Translations under genes and position numbers: made by a program | Shown here: positions 4,481-12,941 of the stretch, one piece after another | Position numbering within the stretch: position 1 is the stretch's first letter | How the letters are laid out: each line of letters opens with the position of its first letter | From: a virus | Strand: one strand, 5' to 3' | Length of the DNA stretch: 18,923 nucleotides | IMG/VR virus record: IMGVR_UViG_3300045988_027174 | Notes under the pieces: model-generated | The model's input: only the letters and a program-made list of their open reading frames with translations | Databases searched by the model: none | What the model was told of the DNA's origin: nothing

Positions 4481-5932
4481 ATGGCGGTGAGCGATAATAG
4501 GGTAGGATTGTGGTGTGCGGATAACGTCATACGCTTTACGGACGGTACCGCATTGCGTGACATTACCGCGCCCAATCGCCTTTTGGCGTCCATCATGGCG
4601 GGCGGAAAACTCACCGTCTATATGACTGACCCCGACGTTTTAAGCCCGTTTATGGCTCACGTCGTGCACTCGCTCCCCCACAACGAACACAACGCGAATT
4701 TGAGCTGGGATGCGATAGTTTCCCAAAAGGGCAAGTTTTTTAGTTTTACCGTGCGTGTCGACCGTGAGAATTCCGCTCGTTTTTTCGATATATCGAATCT
4801 CTTGCGGGAAAACTGTAGGCTTACCATGACCGACACACAACTGCTCAATATTCTGCGTGAGTACGATAATCGTGGTTTGTGTAAGATTACGGCGGGCGGT
4901 GCAAGTATGGAGGCTTTCGCGTCCGGCGAGTGGAAATGGTATTACGACAAATTCCCGCAGCTTGACCCGGAGGATAAAAAGTCATTGCATGATGCTTATA
5001 TTGGCGGATTCATGACCGCAAAGGAAGGGGCGTATGATCGCGCTATCGACATTGACTGCAATAGCATGTATCCGTCCATACTGCGAGACGAATGGCTGCC
5101 ATGGGGCTTGCCGGAACCATACGACGGCAAATACGTGCAAGATGATGATATGCCGCTGCATTGCGACGAAATTACGTTCCGCGCGGAACTCAAGCCAAAC
5201 GGATACCCCTTTTTGCTTGACAACCGCAGTATCTACGGACTTAATAGGCTCACGTCTACTCGTGGTTATATTACGCGCGTATTGACCGATATAGATCAAC
5301 GGCTTTTATACGAGAATTATGAAGTGAGCGTCTACAAGTACATTAGGGGGTGGAAATTCCGACGCTCCAAAGGATTCTTCAGGTCGTTCGTCGATGAATG
5401 GGGGGGGTTGAAGCAGAAGGCGACGGGAGAGAAACGACAAATAGCAAAACTCATTATGAACGCCCTCGTGGGCAAGATGGCGAGTCTACCAAAAGGCTCG
5501 GTCATGCTCCCACTTTCTAAAGACGGCATCACCTTGGATTGGGATATCGCGCAACGTGAGGAGTCGAATCTGAAAACCGATTATCTGCCCGTGCCCGTAT
5601 GGGTCAATGCCTACGCGAGACGAAAGCTTATGGGCGTGTGCCACGCGAACGCCGACCGAATCTTGTACGCGAATACGGACGGGTGTATTTTGAGCGGCTG
5701 GGAGCCGGTGAAATCATGCGATATCCACCCCACCGAACTGGGCAAGTGGAAGATCGCCGCACGATACAAAAAATTGACTATCCTTGGAATAAATCGGTAT
5801 CAGGGATGGAGGGATGATAATGAGGTTGACGTGTGCATGGCTGGAAACATGTTTTCGGAACCTATCTCCTACGAGCAATTTCGGCATGGCGTGCAAGTCC
5901 TGGACGATTACGGTACATTGGTTATGCTATAA
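4481..5932 (+). CDS. Protein-primed family-B DNA polymerase, 483 aa
   Basis: ATG at 4481 follows the SD AAGGGAAG; the track starts the ORF at GTG 4421, inside the TP gene. Motif A is DIDCNSMYPS, motif B is KLIMNALVGK and motif C is YANTDG. GKYVQDDDMPLH parallels phi29 GKYVWDEDYPLH in TPR1, and a TPR2-length insert follows motif B. Confidence 0.92.
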   Translation: MAVSDNRVGLWCADNVIRFTDGTALRDITAPNRLLASIMAGGKLTVYMTDPDVLSPFMAHVVHSLPHNEHNANLSWDAIVSQKGKFFSFTVRVDRENSARFFDISNLLRENCRLTMTDTQLLNILREYDNRGLCKITAGGASMEAFASGEWKWYYDKFPQLDPEDKKSLHDAYIGGFMTAKEGAYDRAIDIDCNSMYPSILRDEWLPWGLPEPYDGKYVQDDDMPLHCDEITFRAELKPNGYPFLLDNRSIYGLNRLTSTRGYITRVLTDIDQRLLYENYEVSVYKYIRGWKFRRSKGFFRSFVDEWGGLKQKATGEKRQIAKLIMNALVGKMASLPKGSVMLPLSKDGITLDWDIAQREESNLKTDYLPVPVWVNAYARRKLMGVCHANADRILYANTDGCILSGWEPVKSCDIHPTELGKWKIAARYKKLTILGINRYQGWRDDNEVDVCMAGNMFSEPISYEQFRHGVQVLDDYGTLVML

Positions 5933-5933
5933 T
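5925..5933 (+). promoter_or_regulatory. Extended -10 promoter (TGcTATAAT) overlapping the polymerase stop codon
   Basis: tgctataat at 5925-5933. It has the same TGCTATAATA flavour as the promoter at 3419. Confidence 0.5.
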
Positions 5934-5939
5934 ACTTAC

Positions 5940-6105
5940 GTCTTGTGAGCGTCGATTTTCGACTGGGAACGACACGGGTCGGACTGCCACGGCTGAGAAT
6001 GCCGCCGACCATGACTTGCTACCGTGGCGGTAGTGCCCTACGATTATCAATCCGCGCTCTGATAGGACGATTCAGACCCTCCGTGATTGGAGGGTCATTT
6101 TATTT
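5940..6105 (+). ncRNA. Candidate structured non-coding RNA of about 165 nt (possible packaging-RNA analogue or terminated leader)
   Basis: The region is bracketed by the promoter at 5925-5933 and the terminator at 6075-6107. It holds no ORF with an SD; the only ATG opens an 11-codon frame. A 10-bp helix is possible between actgccacgg (5983-5992) and ccgtggcggt (6022-6031). Smaller helices include ttatca (6044-6049) with tgatag (6060-6065). Confidence 0.4.
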
Positions 6106-6107
6106 CT
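6075..6107 (+). terminator. Intrinsic terminator
   Basis: gaccctcc (6075-6082) pairs with ggagggtc (6089-6096) around the loop gtgatt. It is followed by attttatttct. Confidence 0.75.
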
Positions 6108-6116
6108 CCCGTCACG

Positions 6117-6125
6117 TGATATAAT
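6117..6125 (+). promoter_or_regulatory. Extended -10 promoter (TGaTATAAT), candidate late promoter
   Basis: tgatataat at 6117-6125 lies 37 nt upstream of the ATG at 6162. It is overlapped by the 8-bp palindrome tcacgtga (6112-6119). Confidence 0.55.
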
Positions 6126-6161
6126 TTTGATGGAATATCAACCAATACGAAGGGAGCTTGC

Positions 6162-6440
6162 ATGGCAGACCCAAACGCTGAAAGCGAGGAAACCACTACC
6201 CCACCGCCGACCGAAGAGGAACGGCAGACCGAAACCGTAGACGATGAAGTCAAGCCAAAAGAAGAACCGGAACCGGAACCGAAAAACGAGCCGGACGTGA
6301 GCGCGCGACTTGACAGCATCGAAAAGGAATTGGCCGCATTGAAGGCCATGATGGACGCGCTCGGCTACAATGACCCCGACCCCGACTCCGACGATGACGG
6401 CGATAACGACGGTGAATCCATCGAAGATTTGTTCGACTAA
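6162..6440 (+). CDS. Putative scaffolding protein, 92 aa, highly acidic
   Basis: The SD is GAAGGGAG. The gene lies immediately upstream of the capsid gene, like phi29 gene 7, and is of similar size. It has a Glu/Asp/Pro-rich N-terminus, a central helix (SIEKELAALKAMMDAL) and a C-terminal SIEDLFD reminiscent of the phi29 gp7 C-terminus. Confidence 0.55.
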   Translation: MADPNAESEETTTPPPTEEERQTETVDDEVKPKEEPEPEPKNEPDVSARLDSIEKELAALKAMMDALGYNDPDPDSDDDGDNDGESIEDLFD

Positions 6441-6458
6441 ATAAGAAAGGTATAAATA

Positions 6459-8180
6459 ATGTCCAATATTCGACCATTGGCCGGTAAGGGTGACGTTGAG
6501 ATCTTCAATGCCGTTCGTTCCGCCACCTCCCCTCAGTTCCAGGTGCGCATTCCTTCCGCCACGCAGGGCAACATTCGCAATGCGGTGGATACCATGCGCA
6601 ATTTCCCCTACCTTCGTGACGAATTTACGGGAGTGTTGATTCAGCGCCTCATCGGCCTGTATGTCCAACATGCGGACTGGGATGACCCGCTCAAGCTGAT
6701 CGGTTCCCCACGCACCCTCAAGCGCTATGGCTCCACCTATGAGCAGGCCGCGGTAGGCCTAGTCAAGGCACGCACCCGTAATTTCAATAAAGAATACTTG
6801 GGTGACGATGTGTATGGCCGCTATAATCTGCCAACCGCGTCCGTATTCCACCCGCTGACTTTCGACCATTATTACCCCGTCACAATCCCGGAAGACGCCT
6901 TGCTCACTGCTTTTGATGGCGAGTCCGGCATGTCGGATTACATTTCCGAGATCATGAACGCCCCGATCTTGAGCGATCGTAACGACATGTACCTGATGAA
7001 GGTGCAAACGTTTGCAGAATACGCACGCAAGGGCGGCTTCTACCGAGTCCACACCCCTGATGTGGGTGCCGCGAATTCCACCGAAGCGGATGCCAAGGGA
7101 TTGCTGCGTCTTATCCAGCAGACCGCCAACGAATTGAAAGCGTCTCCAATGTCGGCCATGCCGCGATATAACGCTATGTCGTGGGTAACTCCATGGCGCG
7201 ATTCGGAAGCGATTCTCTTCGCAACCCCGCAGGTGATCGCCGCGCTCAACGTCGAAGCCCTCGCCGCTGCCTTTAACATTGACAAGGTTAACGTGCCATA
7301 CCGTATTATCCCGATTCCGGAAGGAATGTTCGGCATTGGCGGTGCCGGCGGCAAGGTCCAGGCCGTGCTCACCACGGAAGACTTTTTCTTCTGCTGGGAT
7401 GAAATGCTCGAAACCACGAATAGCCCGGTCAATCCGATTGACGGCACTCGCAACATCTTCTACAAGCATCGTGGAAGCATTACCCCTAATCCTTTTGCCA
7501 ACGCAGTTCTGTTTTGGACTGGCGAAGGCTCTACCCAGTCCGTGACCTTGCCGGATACGCTCACCACCTCTAAGCCAGTCTTTGAACTGAAAGTACGGAA
7601 GTACGGGCAGTCATCGATTACCCCGCAGAACGTTTCCCGTGGAGGCTTGGTACAGGTGGTGTCCACCATTGAGAGCGCAAACAAGGCTAAAGCATCCTTC
7701 CAACCGGTCGGTATCACTTATGAGCTTGAGGGTGCAACCTCGCAATTTACCAGTATTGACAATGACGGTATTTTGCGTTGCGGACTCGATGAAACTGCAG
7801 AATCTCTCAAGGTTACAGCACAGGCTACTTATATTAATCCGGCAACACCGGAAATCGACCAGACTGTTTCCGCTGCGCTCGACGTTCCCGTGGTCGGGAC
7901 GTGGGTTGGCGGATTCAAGGTCGGCGCAATATCCAGCCTGCTCGTAGAAGGTGCTGATGCTGTCAAGGTAAGCGAATCCATCAAGCTAACCGCCTATGCC
8001 ATCAAATCGGATGGGTCAAGACAGGATGTGTCCAATCTTTGCATGTGGCAGACTTACGAGCGACGCGTAAAGGTGGACCAGACCGGCCTTGTGACCGGTA
8101 CTGATGCTGGGCCGGCCAGAATTGGGGCAACATTTGCTGAAGTGCATGGAGAAAAAACACTCACCGTCACCGCACAGTGA
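6459..8180 (+). CDS. Major capsid protein (phi29 gp8-like) with C-terminal Ig-like (Big_2-type) domains, 573 aa
   Basis: Several blocks parallel phi29 gp8 as I recall it: EIFNAVRS, ALLTAFDGESGMSDYISEIMNA, ALNVEALAAAFNIDK and FANAVLFWTGE. The C-terminus (LTAYAIKSDGSRQDVSNLCMWQT...VDQTGLVTG...GPARIGATF) fits a bacterial Ig-like domain. Confidence 0.9.
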   Translation: MSNIRPLAGKGDVEIFNAVRSATSPQFQVRIPSATQGNIRNAVDTMRNFPYLRDEFTGVLIQRLIGLYVQHADWDDPLKLIGSPRTLKRYGSTYEQAAVGLVKARTRNFNKEYLGDDVYGRYNLPTASVFHPLTFDHYYPVTIPEDALLTAFDGESGMSDYISEIMNAPILSDRNDMYLMKVQTFAEYARKGGFYRVHTPDVGAANSTEADAKGLLRLIQQTANELKASPMSAMPRYNAMSWVTPWRDSEAILFATPQVIAALNVEALAAAFNIDKVNVPYRIIPIPEGMFGIGGAGGKVQAVLTTEDFFFCWDEMLETTNSPVNPIDGTRNIFYKHRGSITPNPFANAVLFWTGEGSTQSVTLPDTLTTSKPVFELKVRKYGQSSITPQNVSRGGLVQVVSTIESANKAKASFQPVGITYELEGATSQFTSIDNDGILRCGLDETAESLKVTAQATYINPATPEIDQTVSAALDVPVVGTWVGGFKVGAISSLLVEGADAVKVSESIKLTAYAIKSDGSRQDVSNLCMWQTYERRVKVDQTGLVTGTDAGPARIGATFAEVHGEKTLTVTAQ

Positions 8181-8198
8181 CAATCTCTAACTAGTAAA

Positions 8199-8239
8199 AT
8201 AGGTGTGGATAGACTTTTATCCACACCTATTGTTGTTTT
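8199..8239 (+). terminator. Intrinsic terminator after the capsid gene
   Basis: A 13-bp stem pairs ataggtgtggata (8199-8211) with tatccacacctat (8218-8230) around the loop gacttt. It is followed by tgttgtttt. Confidence 0.8.
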
Positions 8240-8250
8240 AGGAGGACTTT

Positions 8251-10485
8251 ATGAGCGCAAATGATTTGCCCATTAATTTTAGTTATGCGAAATGGACGCC
8301 AAACACAAGATTCAAGTTGTGCAACGTCCCGTGGGACATGGGGTACCGAGATATTGTCAAATGGGACAGGCAAGCTCAAAAAGAGTATTTCGACCGGTTG
8401 AATGGTATCGAATTTACCGACTGCACCATGGCTAAATACGGTCTACCGGTGAGACTGCCGGTGCCATTCGCGCAAGCGTCGCAATATAATTATTTGATCG
8501 CCACGAACGATTATGATTTTGACACCCCCCGCAGTTGGTATTATTTCATTCAGACCTGCGACTACATCAACGCCAATACCACACAATTGAATATTCAGCT
8601 GGATGTGTGGCAGAGCTTCCAACATGACATCCAGCTCGGTAACGCCTATGTAGAACGCGGCCATGTGGGCGTTGCCAATGAGAACGCTTGGAAAGATTAC
8701 GGGAAAACCTATCTTGATTTGCCGGAAGGACTGGACACGGGCAAATGCACAGTGCTTACCAATGAATCGTGGCACCCGCTCATGGGTGCCAAGTCGGACT
8801 CGGAATATTCCTACGGTATCATCATTGCCACCACGGTAAAACTGGAGGCCGATGCGGGAACCAAAGACAGTCCAATCGTACAAAGCGCCACCGGTAGCAC
8901 GTTTGAAAACCAGATGAACGGCGCGGAACTGTATTATCTCGACAATACGTCCGATATTTTTAAATTTTTTGGAGCAGGGTCTACGAAACCGTGGGCTACG
9001 CAAGGTATTTGCGGGATCTACATGGTACCGACCATTCCGACGAAAATGCTAGAGGGGCACGCCGCCAAAAATCCGAAGCTGTTCGGAGCGGATGTGCAAT
9101 GGTCGGGGTCATGCTGGCTACTTACCGGTAATGTCGCAAACTCTTCCAGCAGATACGACGATATCATTAACATTAAAGATTTCCGTAACGCTTTCAGCCT
9201 GCCGGAACGCTACAAGTATCTAAAAAAATTCTTCATCGCCCCCTACGCTTACATTGAATGCAGTTGCCTAAATGGTACCGTCATCACGTACGAACCCGAA
9301 CAAATTCCTTCCGCAGACTTGACCATCCGAGAATCGTGGAATTACGCGCCCCCCTCCCCCCGCCTCAACTTTTACGCAAGGGGCTATCATGCGGGCAATC
9401 TCGGTGAGCGTCAACCATTGCCAAACAATCTCGGCCTACCTATCGACACGGGCGACATGCTCAACGCAAGTTTCGGTATTACGAATTTTCCCACCTTTAT
9501 GGCGGTCAATAATGGTAGCGCCCTGGCTCTCGCAAACAGTGCGTACACCCGCCAATACGCGCAACAGTCAGCCGACTGGGGGTATCAGAAAACCCAAATG
9601 GGCATTAACAATGCGTACGCGCAAGCGCAATTGGGTACCCAGTATGCAAGCGCTCAGAATCGGTTGGGCACGTCGAATCGGAATGCCATGAATGCGATCA
9701 GCAACCAGTCAGCGCAAATGGGCACCGACCTGACCCTAAAGAATCTCGGATTTAATAATCAGATGGCTCAAATCAACACGGTCGGGTCGGGCGTACTCAA
9801 CGCAGTCGGTTCACTCGCAACCGGCAATGTCGGGGGTGCTGCGGGCGCTGTGGCCGGTGCCGCCATTGGCGCATGGACGAACCAGCAGGTCTATGGCAAT
9901 AATGTGAGCACCGCCAATCAGCAGCTAGCGAACACGCAGACCACCAACAATGCCAGCACCTCACAAGCCAACGCTTTTTCGCTTGCGCAAACCAATCTGT
10001 CCAATCAGCAGACCATGCAATTAGCAGACATGAACAAGCAATTGGCTCAGGCTACCGCGCAAGGTGATTACGAGAACACGATCGCCGGCATCAACGCTCA
10101 GGTGCAGCAGACACAAACCGTACCTCCCACCACGTCAGGCGCTTTGGGTGGTGACGCCTTTAATTTGGCGAACGGGCTGATTGGGGTCATGGTGCGGTTT
10201 AGGCAGATTTCACCCGCCGCCATGCAAGCCATCGGGGAAGTGTGGTTAAGATACGGGTATTATGTTCAGCGTTTCATGCGACTTCCAGCAAATCTTATGG
10301 CAATGTCCAATTTCACGTATTGGAAATTGCATGAATTATACGTGCGCAGCTCGACATGCCCCGAAGAGTATCGCCTGACTGTCAAGGGCATTTTCGAGTC
10401 CGGTGTGACCGTGTGGACTGACCCCGACAAAATCGGTGTTACCGATTACGCAGACAATGTGCCGCTAGCCGGTATCGCATACTAG
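8251..10485 (+). CDS. Tail knob / distal tail tube protein (phi29 gp9-like), 744 aa
   Basis: The SD is AGGAGGA. The N-terminal third parallels phi29 gp9 as I recall it (YLIATNDYD...SWYYFIQTCDYIN...LNIQLDVWQSF...YVERGHV against YIMFQNADYGNKWFYAFVTELEF...FEIDVLQTWMF...IVREHV). The gene sits between the capsid and portal genes. Confidence 0.8.
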   Translation: MSANDLPINFSYAKWTPNTRFKLCNVPWDMGYRDIVKWDRQAQKEYFDRLNGIEFTDCTMAKYGLPVRLPVPFAQASQYNYLIATNDYDFDTPRSWYYFIQTCDYINANTTQLNIQLDVWQSFQHDIQLGNAYVERGHVGVANENAWKDYGKTYLDLPEGLDTGKCTVLTNESWHPLMGAKSDSEYSYGIIIATTVKLEADAGTKDSPIVQSATGSTFENQMNGAELYYLDNTSDIFKFFGAGSTKPWATQGICGIYMVPTIPTKMLEGHAAKNPKLFGADVQWSGSCWLLTGNVANSSSRYDDIINIKDFRNAFSLPERYKYLKKFFIAPYAYIECSCLNGTVITYEPEQIPSADLTIRESWNYAPPSPRLNFYARGYHAGNLGERQPLPNNLGLPIDTGDMLNASFGITNFPTFMAVNNGSALALANSAYTRQYAQQSADWGYQKTQMGINNAYAQAQLGTQYASAQNRLGTSNRNAMNAISNQSAQMGTDLTLKNLGFNNQMAQINTVGSGVLNAVGSLATGNVGGAAGAVAGAAIGAWTNQQVYGNNVSTANQQLANTQTTNNASTSQANAFSLAQTNLSNQQTMQLADMNKQLAQATAQGDYENTIAGINAQVQQTQTVPPTTSGALGGDAFNLANGLIGVMVRFRQISPAAMQAIGEVWLRYGYYVQRFMRLPANLMAMSNFTYWKLHELYVRSSTCPEEYRLTVKGIFESGVTVWTDPDKIGVTDYADNVPLAGIAY

Positions 10486-10487
10486 AT

Positions 10488-10526
10488 ATAATGGAGAGAG
10501 TTATATAGCTCTCTCCATTATTTTTA
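10488..10526 (+). terminator. Intrinsic terminator after the tail knob gene
   Basis: The stem pairs ataatggagagag (10488-10500) with ctctctccattat (10509-10521). It is followed by ttttt. Confidence 0.75.
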
Positions 10527-10537
10527 GGACGGTGATT

Positions 10538-11476
10538 ATGGGTAAACGCAATAATGCGAGGAAGGCCGCGCACTGGGACAATCAGAGCGTTTTAGGCTCA
10601 ATGTGGGGCAATCTTAATTTGCCCGAAATGCGGCAAAGTCTACGCATCAACCAATATATGAAATTGATCGAAATGTTGGCCGTAAGCCGGTTTAAATGGA
10701 TTAATCTACCTCCGTATATCGATGAAAGATATTTGGAATTGACTCTATTTGAGAACGGTTTGGCACTGTTTTTCCCCGATAAACGTAAGGGGGTCAACCG
10801 CTTTATGGTAACATCCGGCAATATTGGCGGTGTGAACAATTATAATAACCCTACCAGCTTTCAGCCTGTCGCTACCAATTATTCGCACCCGCAGATTGGC
10901 TCGAAGGAATGCGTGCCCATCTGGGACAATCAATTGCGTTGCACCATGATCGACGTCATGTGGAATTATGCGACACGATTGGCTATCGCTGACCGCGCTT
11001 TGGACGTGAATTTGGATAATATCAGCGTGCCGCTGATTATCGCCACGTCAGAGACGAACAAGCTCACCGCCCAAAATCTCATGAAAGCGAGAGAAGATGG
11101 CGACCCCTACATTTACACATACGATTCGGCGGACATTACCGGCATGTTCCAGACATTTCCCAACGTCACCCCTTTCCTAGCGGATAAAATCATCACCACC
11201 AAAACCCAGATTTGGAACGAGTTAGTCAACTATCTTGGCATTGACAATAGTACGACGGAAAAGAAGGAACGGCTGCTTGAGTCGGAAGTCACTGCAGGCA
11301 ATAGTCGTACGAACGTTTTTCGCCTAAGCTATCTTAAATCTCGTCAGCAGGCGTGCGATACGATTAACAGGCTGTGGCCGCAAATGGCCGACTCAGGCTA
11401 CCCCATCGGCATCGAATGGAATGATACCACGTCCGGTGGTCTATTGGACGTAGAAGGCAATAAGGAAGAAGAATAA
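10538..11476 (+). CDS. Portal (head-tail connector) protein, phi29 gp10-like, 312 aa
   Basis: ATG at 10538 lies 8 nt after AGGA; the track lists GTG 10532 as the start. FKWINLPPYIDERYLE parallels phi29 FEWENLPPTINPSFLE. WNELVNYLGIDNSTTEKKERLLESEV parallels [26 protein letters not shown]. Confidence 0.9.
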   Translation: MGKRNNARKAAHWDNQSVLGSMWGNLNLPEMRQSLRINQYMKLIEMLAVSRFKWINLPPYIDERYLELTLFENGLALFFPDKRKGVNRFMVTSGNIGGVNNYNNPTSFQPVATNYSHPQIGSKECVPIWDNQLRCTMIDVMWNYATRLAIADRALDVNLDNISVPLIIATSETNKLTAQNLMKAREDGDPYIYTYDSADITGMFQTFPNVTPFLADKIITTKTQIWNELVNYLGIDNSTTEKKERLLESEVTAGNSRTNVFRLSYLKSRQQACDTINRLWPQMADSGYPIGIEWNDTTSGGLLDVEGNKEEE

Positions 11477-12288
11477 TGGTGCAAGATTTAAGCATGTATG
11501 CCATCAAGGATAGTATGGCCGATTATACGCTGACCTTGGGTAATCTGATCGACCGTGGTTTCAATACGGACGAAAAACTACATTTGAGTTCTGCTTATTA
11601 TCCGATTTTCGACGAAAACTATAGGGCGAAACTGAATGAGAAAATCGTAGCCCACTACGCACTGCGCGAAGTCGGTAGTGAAACCCCGCAAATGTTCGTC
11701 TTTTATTTGGGACGTACCATGCGGGAACAAATGGACTATTTCAACCAGTTATATTTGTCTGCTCAACGTAAGTTCGATCCGTTCATCACCTCGGACATCC
11801 GGCAGGAAATGGATTCGACCAGCACGAACGAATCGAGCGGCAAATCTTCGGGCACGCAATCAAACAGGTCCACGGCAAACAGCACGTCCGACACTAAGGC
11901 CGACAATTCCAGCATGACGTTCAACTCGGAATTTCCGCAGACCCGTATCGACGATTTTCGCAAGTTTGCGACCAGCGCTTCACAGACCGACTCGGTAGGC
12001 AATACGCACACGGCTACCCAGCAGGACAGTTCGGCCACCGCATCCAGCACCAGCAATACGGATTATGCGCATTCATCCGATAAAGGCAATAGCGTGTCGC
12101 ATACGCTCGGTACCAGCGGCTCGCAATCGCAGTTACTGCTTGATTGGCGTAACACCATGCTCAACATCGATTTGCTGGTAATCAATTCGCTCGAAGATCT
12201 CTTTTTAGGTATGTGGGGCAGTGGTGACGACATGTCCAACGCACCCCAGATGTATTCCACGAGTCTCGCCTATAATCTCGGCCATTAG
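11476..12288 (+). CDS. Putative lower collar / tail tube protein (phi29 gp11 position), 270 aa
   Basis: The start overlaps the portal stop as TAATG, with the SD AAGGAAGAAG upstream. The assignment rests on synteny and size. The central region is Ser/Thr-rich and of low complexity. Confidence 0.55.
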   Translation: MVQDLSMYAIKDSMADYTLTLGNLIDRGFNTDEKLHLSSAYYPIFDENYRAKLNEKIVAHYALREVGSETPQMFVFYLGRTMREQMDYFNQLYLSAQRKFDPFITSDIRQEMDSTSTNESSGKSSGTQSNRSTANSTSDTKADNSSMTFNSEFPQTRIDDFRKFATSASQTDSVGNTHTATQQDSSATASSTSNTDYAHSSDKGNSVSHTLGTSGSQSQLLLDWRNTMLNIDLLVINSLEDLFLGMWGSGDDMSNAPQMYSTSLAYNLGH

Positions 12289-12320
12289 AGTATACTTAAT
12301 ACAGACAGATTGGAGGATTT

Positions 12321-12920
12321 ATGGACGGAATCAACATGTGCGCCGCCCCCTTGGATATCGACCCACGGCAGAGATATTTTACGACGGTCCAGCCTTTTTC
12401 GTACCGCGACACACTCACGGTATTGGGGTATGTGCAGGAGGTGGCTGAACACCTCGATCAGCTCAGGGAGCAGCTCGATAATCTCGCCAAAGACGAGACG
12501 GCGGACGTCGAGGCGATCAAACAATTGGTGGCCGATTTTAATACGCAATTCGAGCGCATCAATAAGACATTGGACGATCTTGAAAAACAGGTCGGCCAGT
12601 ACGAAGATTCAGACCTTACCTATAACCCGACCCGCGGAAAGTATGAGGATTCCAAAAACACGAATCGCGACATGTACCGCGAGCTTGCAGTGTTCGGTGC
12701 GCGAGTCAATCAGATGGCGCAGTTGAGCGTGCCCATGGCCTCCGCGCACACGTGCCTGGAGTTCGCCGTGCTCGGTAACAAAACCATTTTTCATAACGAC
12801 GAACCGCGTATTACCCCCCGTGATGTGCATGTTGACGATGGGGAGCCGGTTACGGCGTTGACGGTCGAAAACCTTGCCAACGGCGTGGTGCAAAATAATT
12901 TCATGAAAACCCATGAATAA
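12321..12920 (+). CDS. Putative virion structural protein with a coiled-coil segment, 199 aa
   Basis: GGAGGA lies 3 nt upstream of the ATG. A heptad-like acidic helix runs through EHLDQLREQLDNLAKDE...FERINKTLDDLEKQV. The gene lies within the tail/appendage block, and its function is not recognised. Confidence 0.6.
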   Translation: MDGINMCAAPLDIDPRQRYFTTVQPFSYRDTLTVLGYVQEVAEHLDQLREQLDNLAKDETADVEAIKQLVADFNTQFERINKTLDDLEKQVGQYEDSDLTYNPTRGKYEDSKNTNRDMYRELAVFGARVNQMAQLSVPMASAHTCLEFAVLGNKTIFHNDEPRITPRDVHVDDGEPVTALTVENLANGVVQNNFMKTHE

Positions 12921-12941
12921 ATAACAATAATAGGAGGAAAA

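Noticed and set aside
5216-5250. Additional TTGACA hexamers inside genes, for example at 1238, 1853, 5216, 6309, 7278, 7756 and 11240
   Set aside because: None has a reasonable -10 hexamer at a 16-18-nt spacing.
6000-6035. 11-codon ORF (MPPTMTCYRGG) inside the candidate ncRNA
   Set aside because: It has no credible SD, is very short, and lies within the predicted 10-bp helix region. I treat the region as non-coding.
6127-6141. Inverted repeat TTGAT-N5-ATCAA at the predicted start site of the late promoter
   Set aside because: The arms are only 5 bp, which is easily a chance occurrence. I note it in case an operator is sought, but it is not supportable as a feature.
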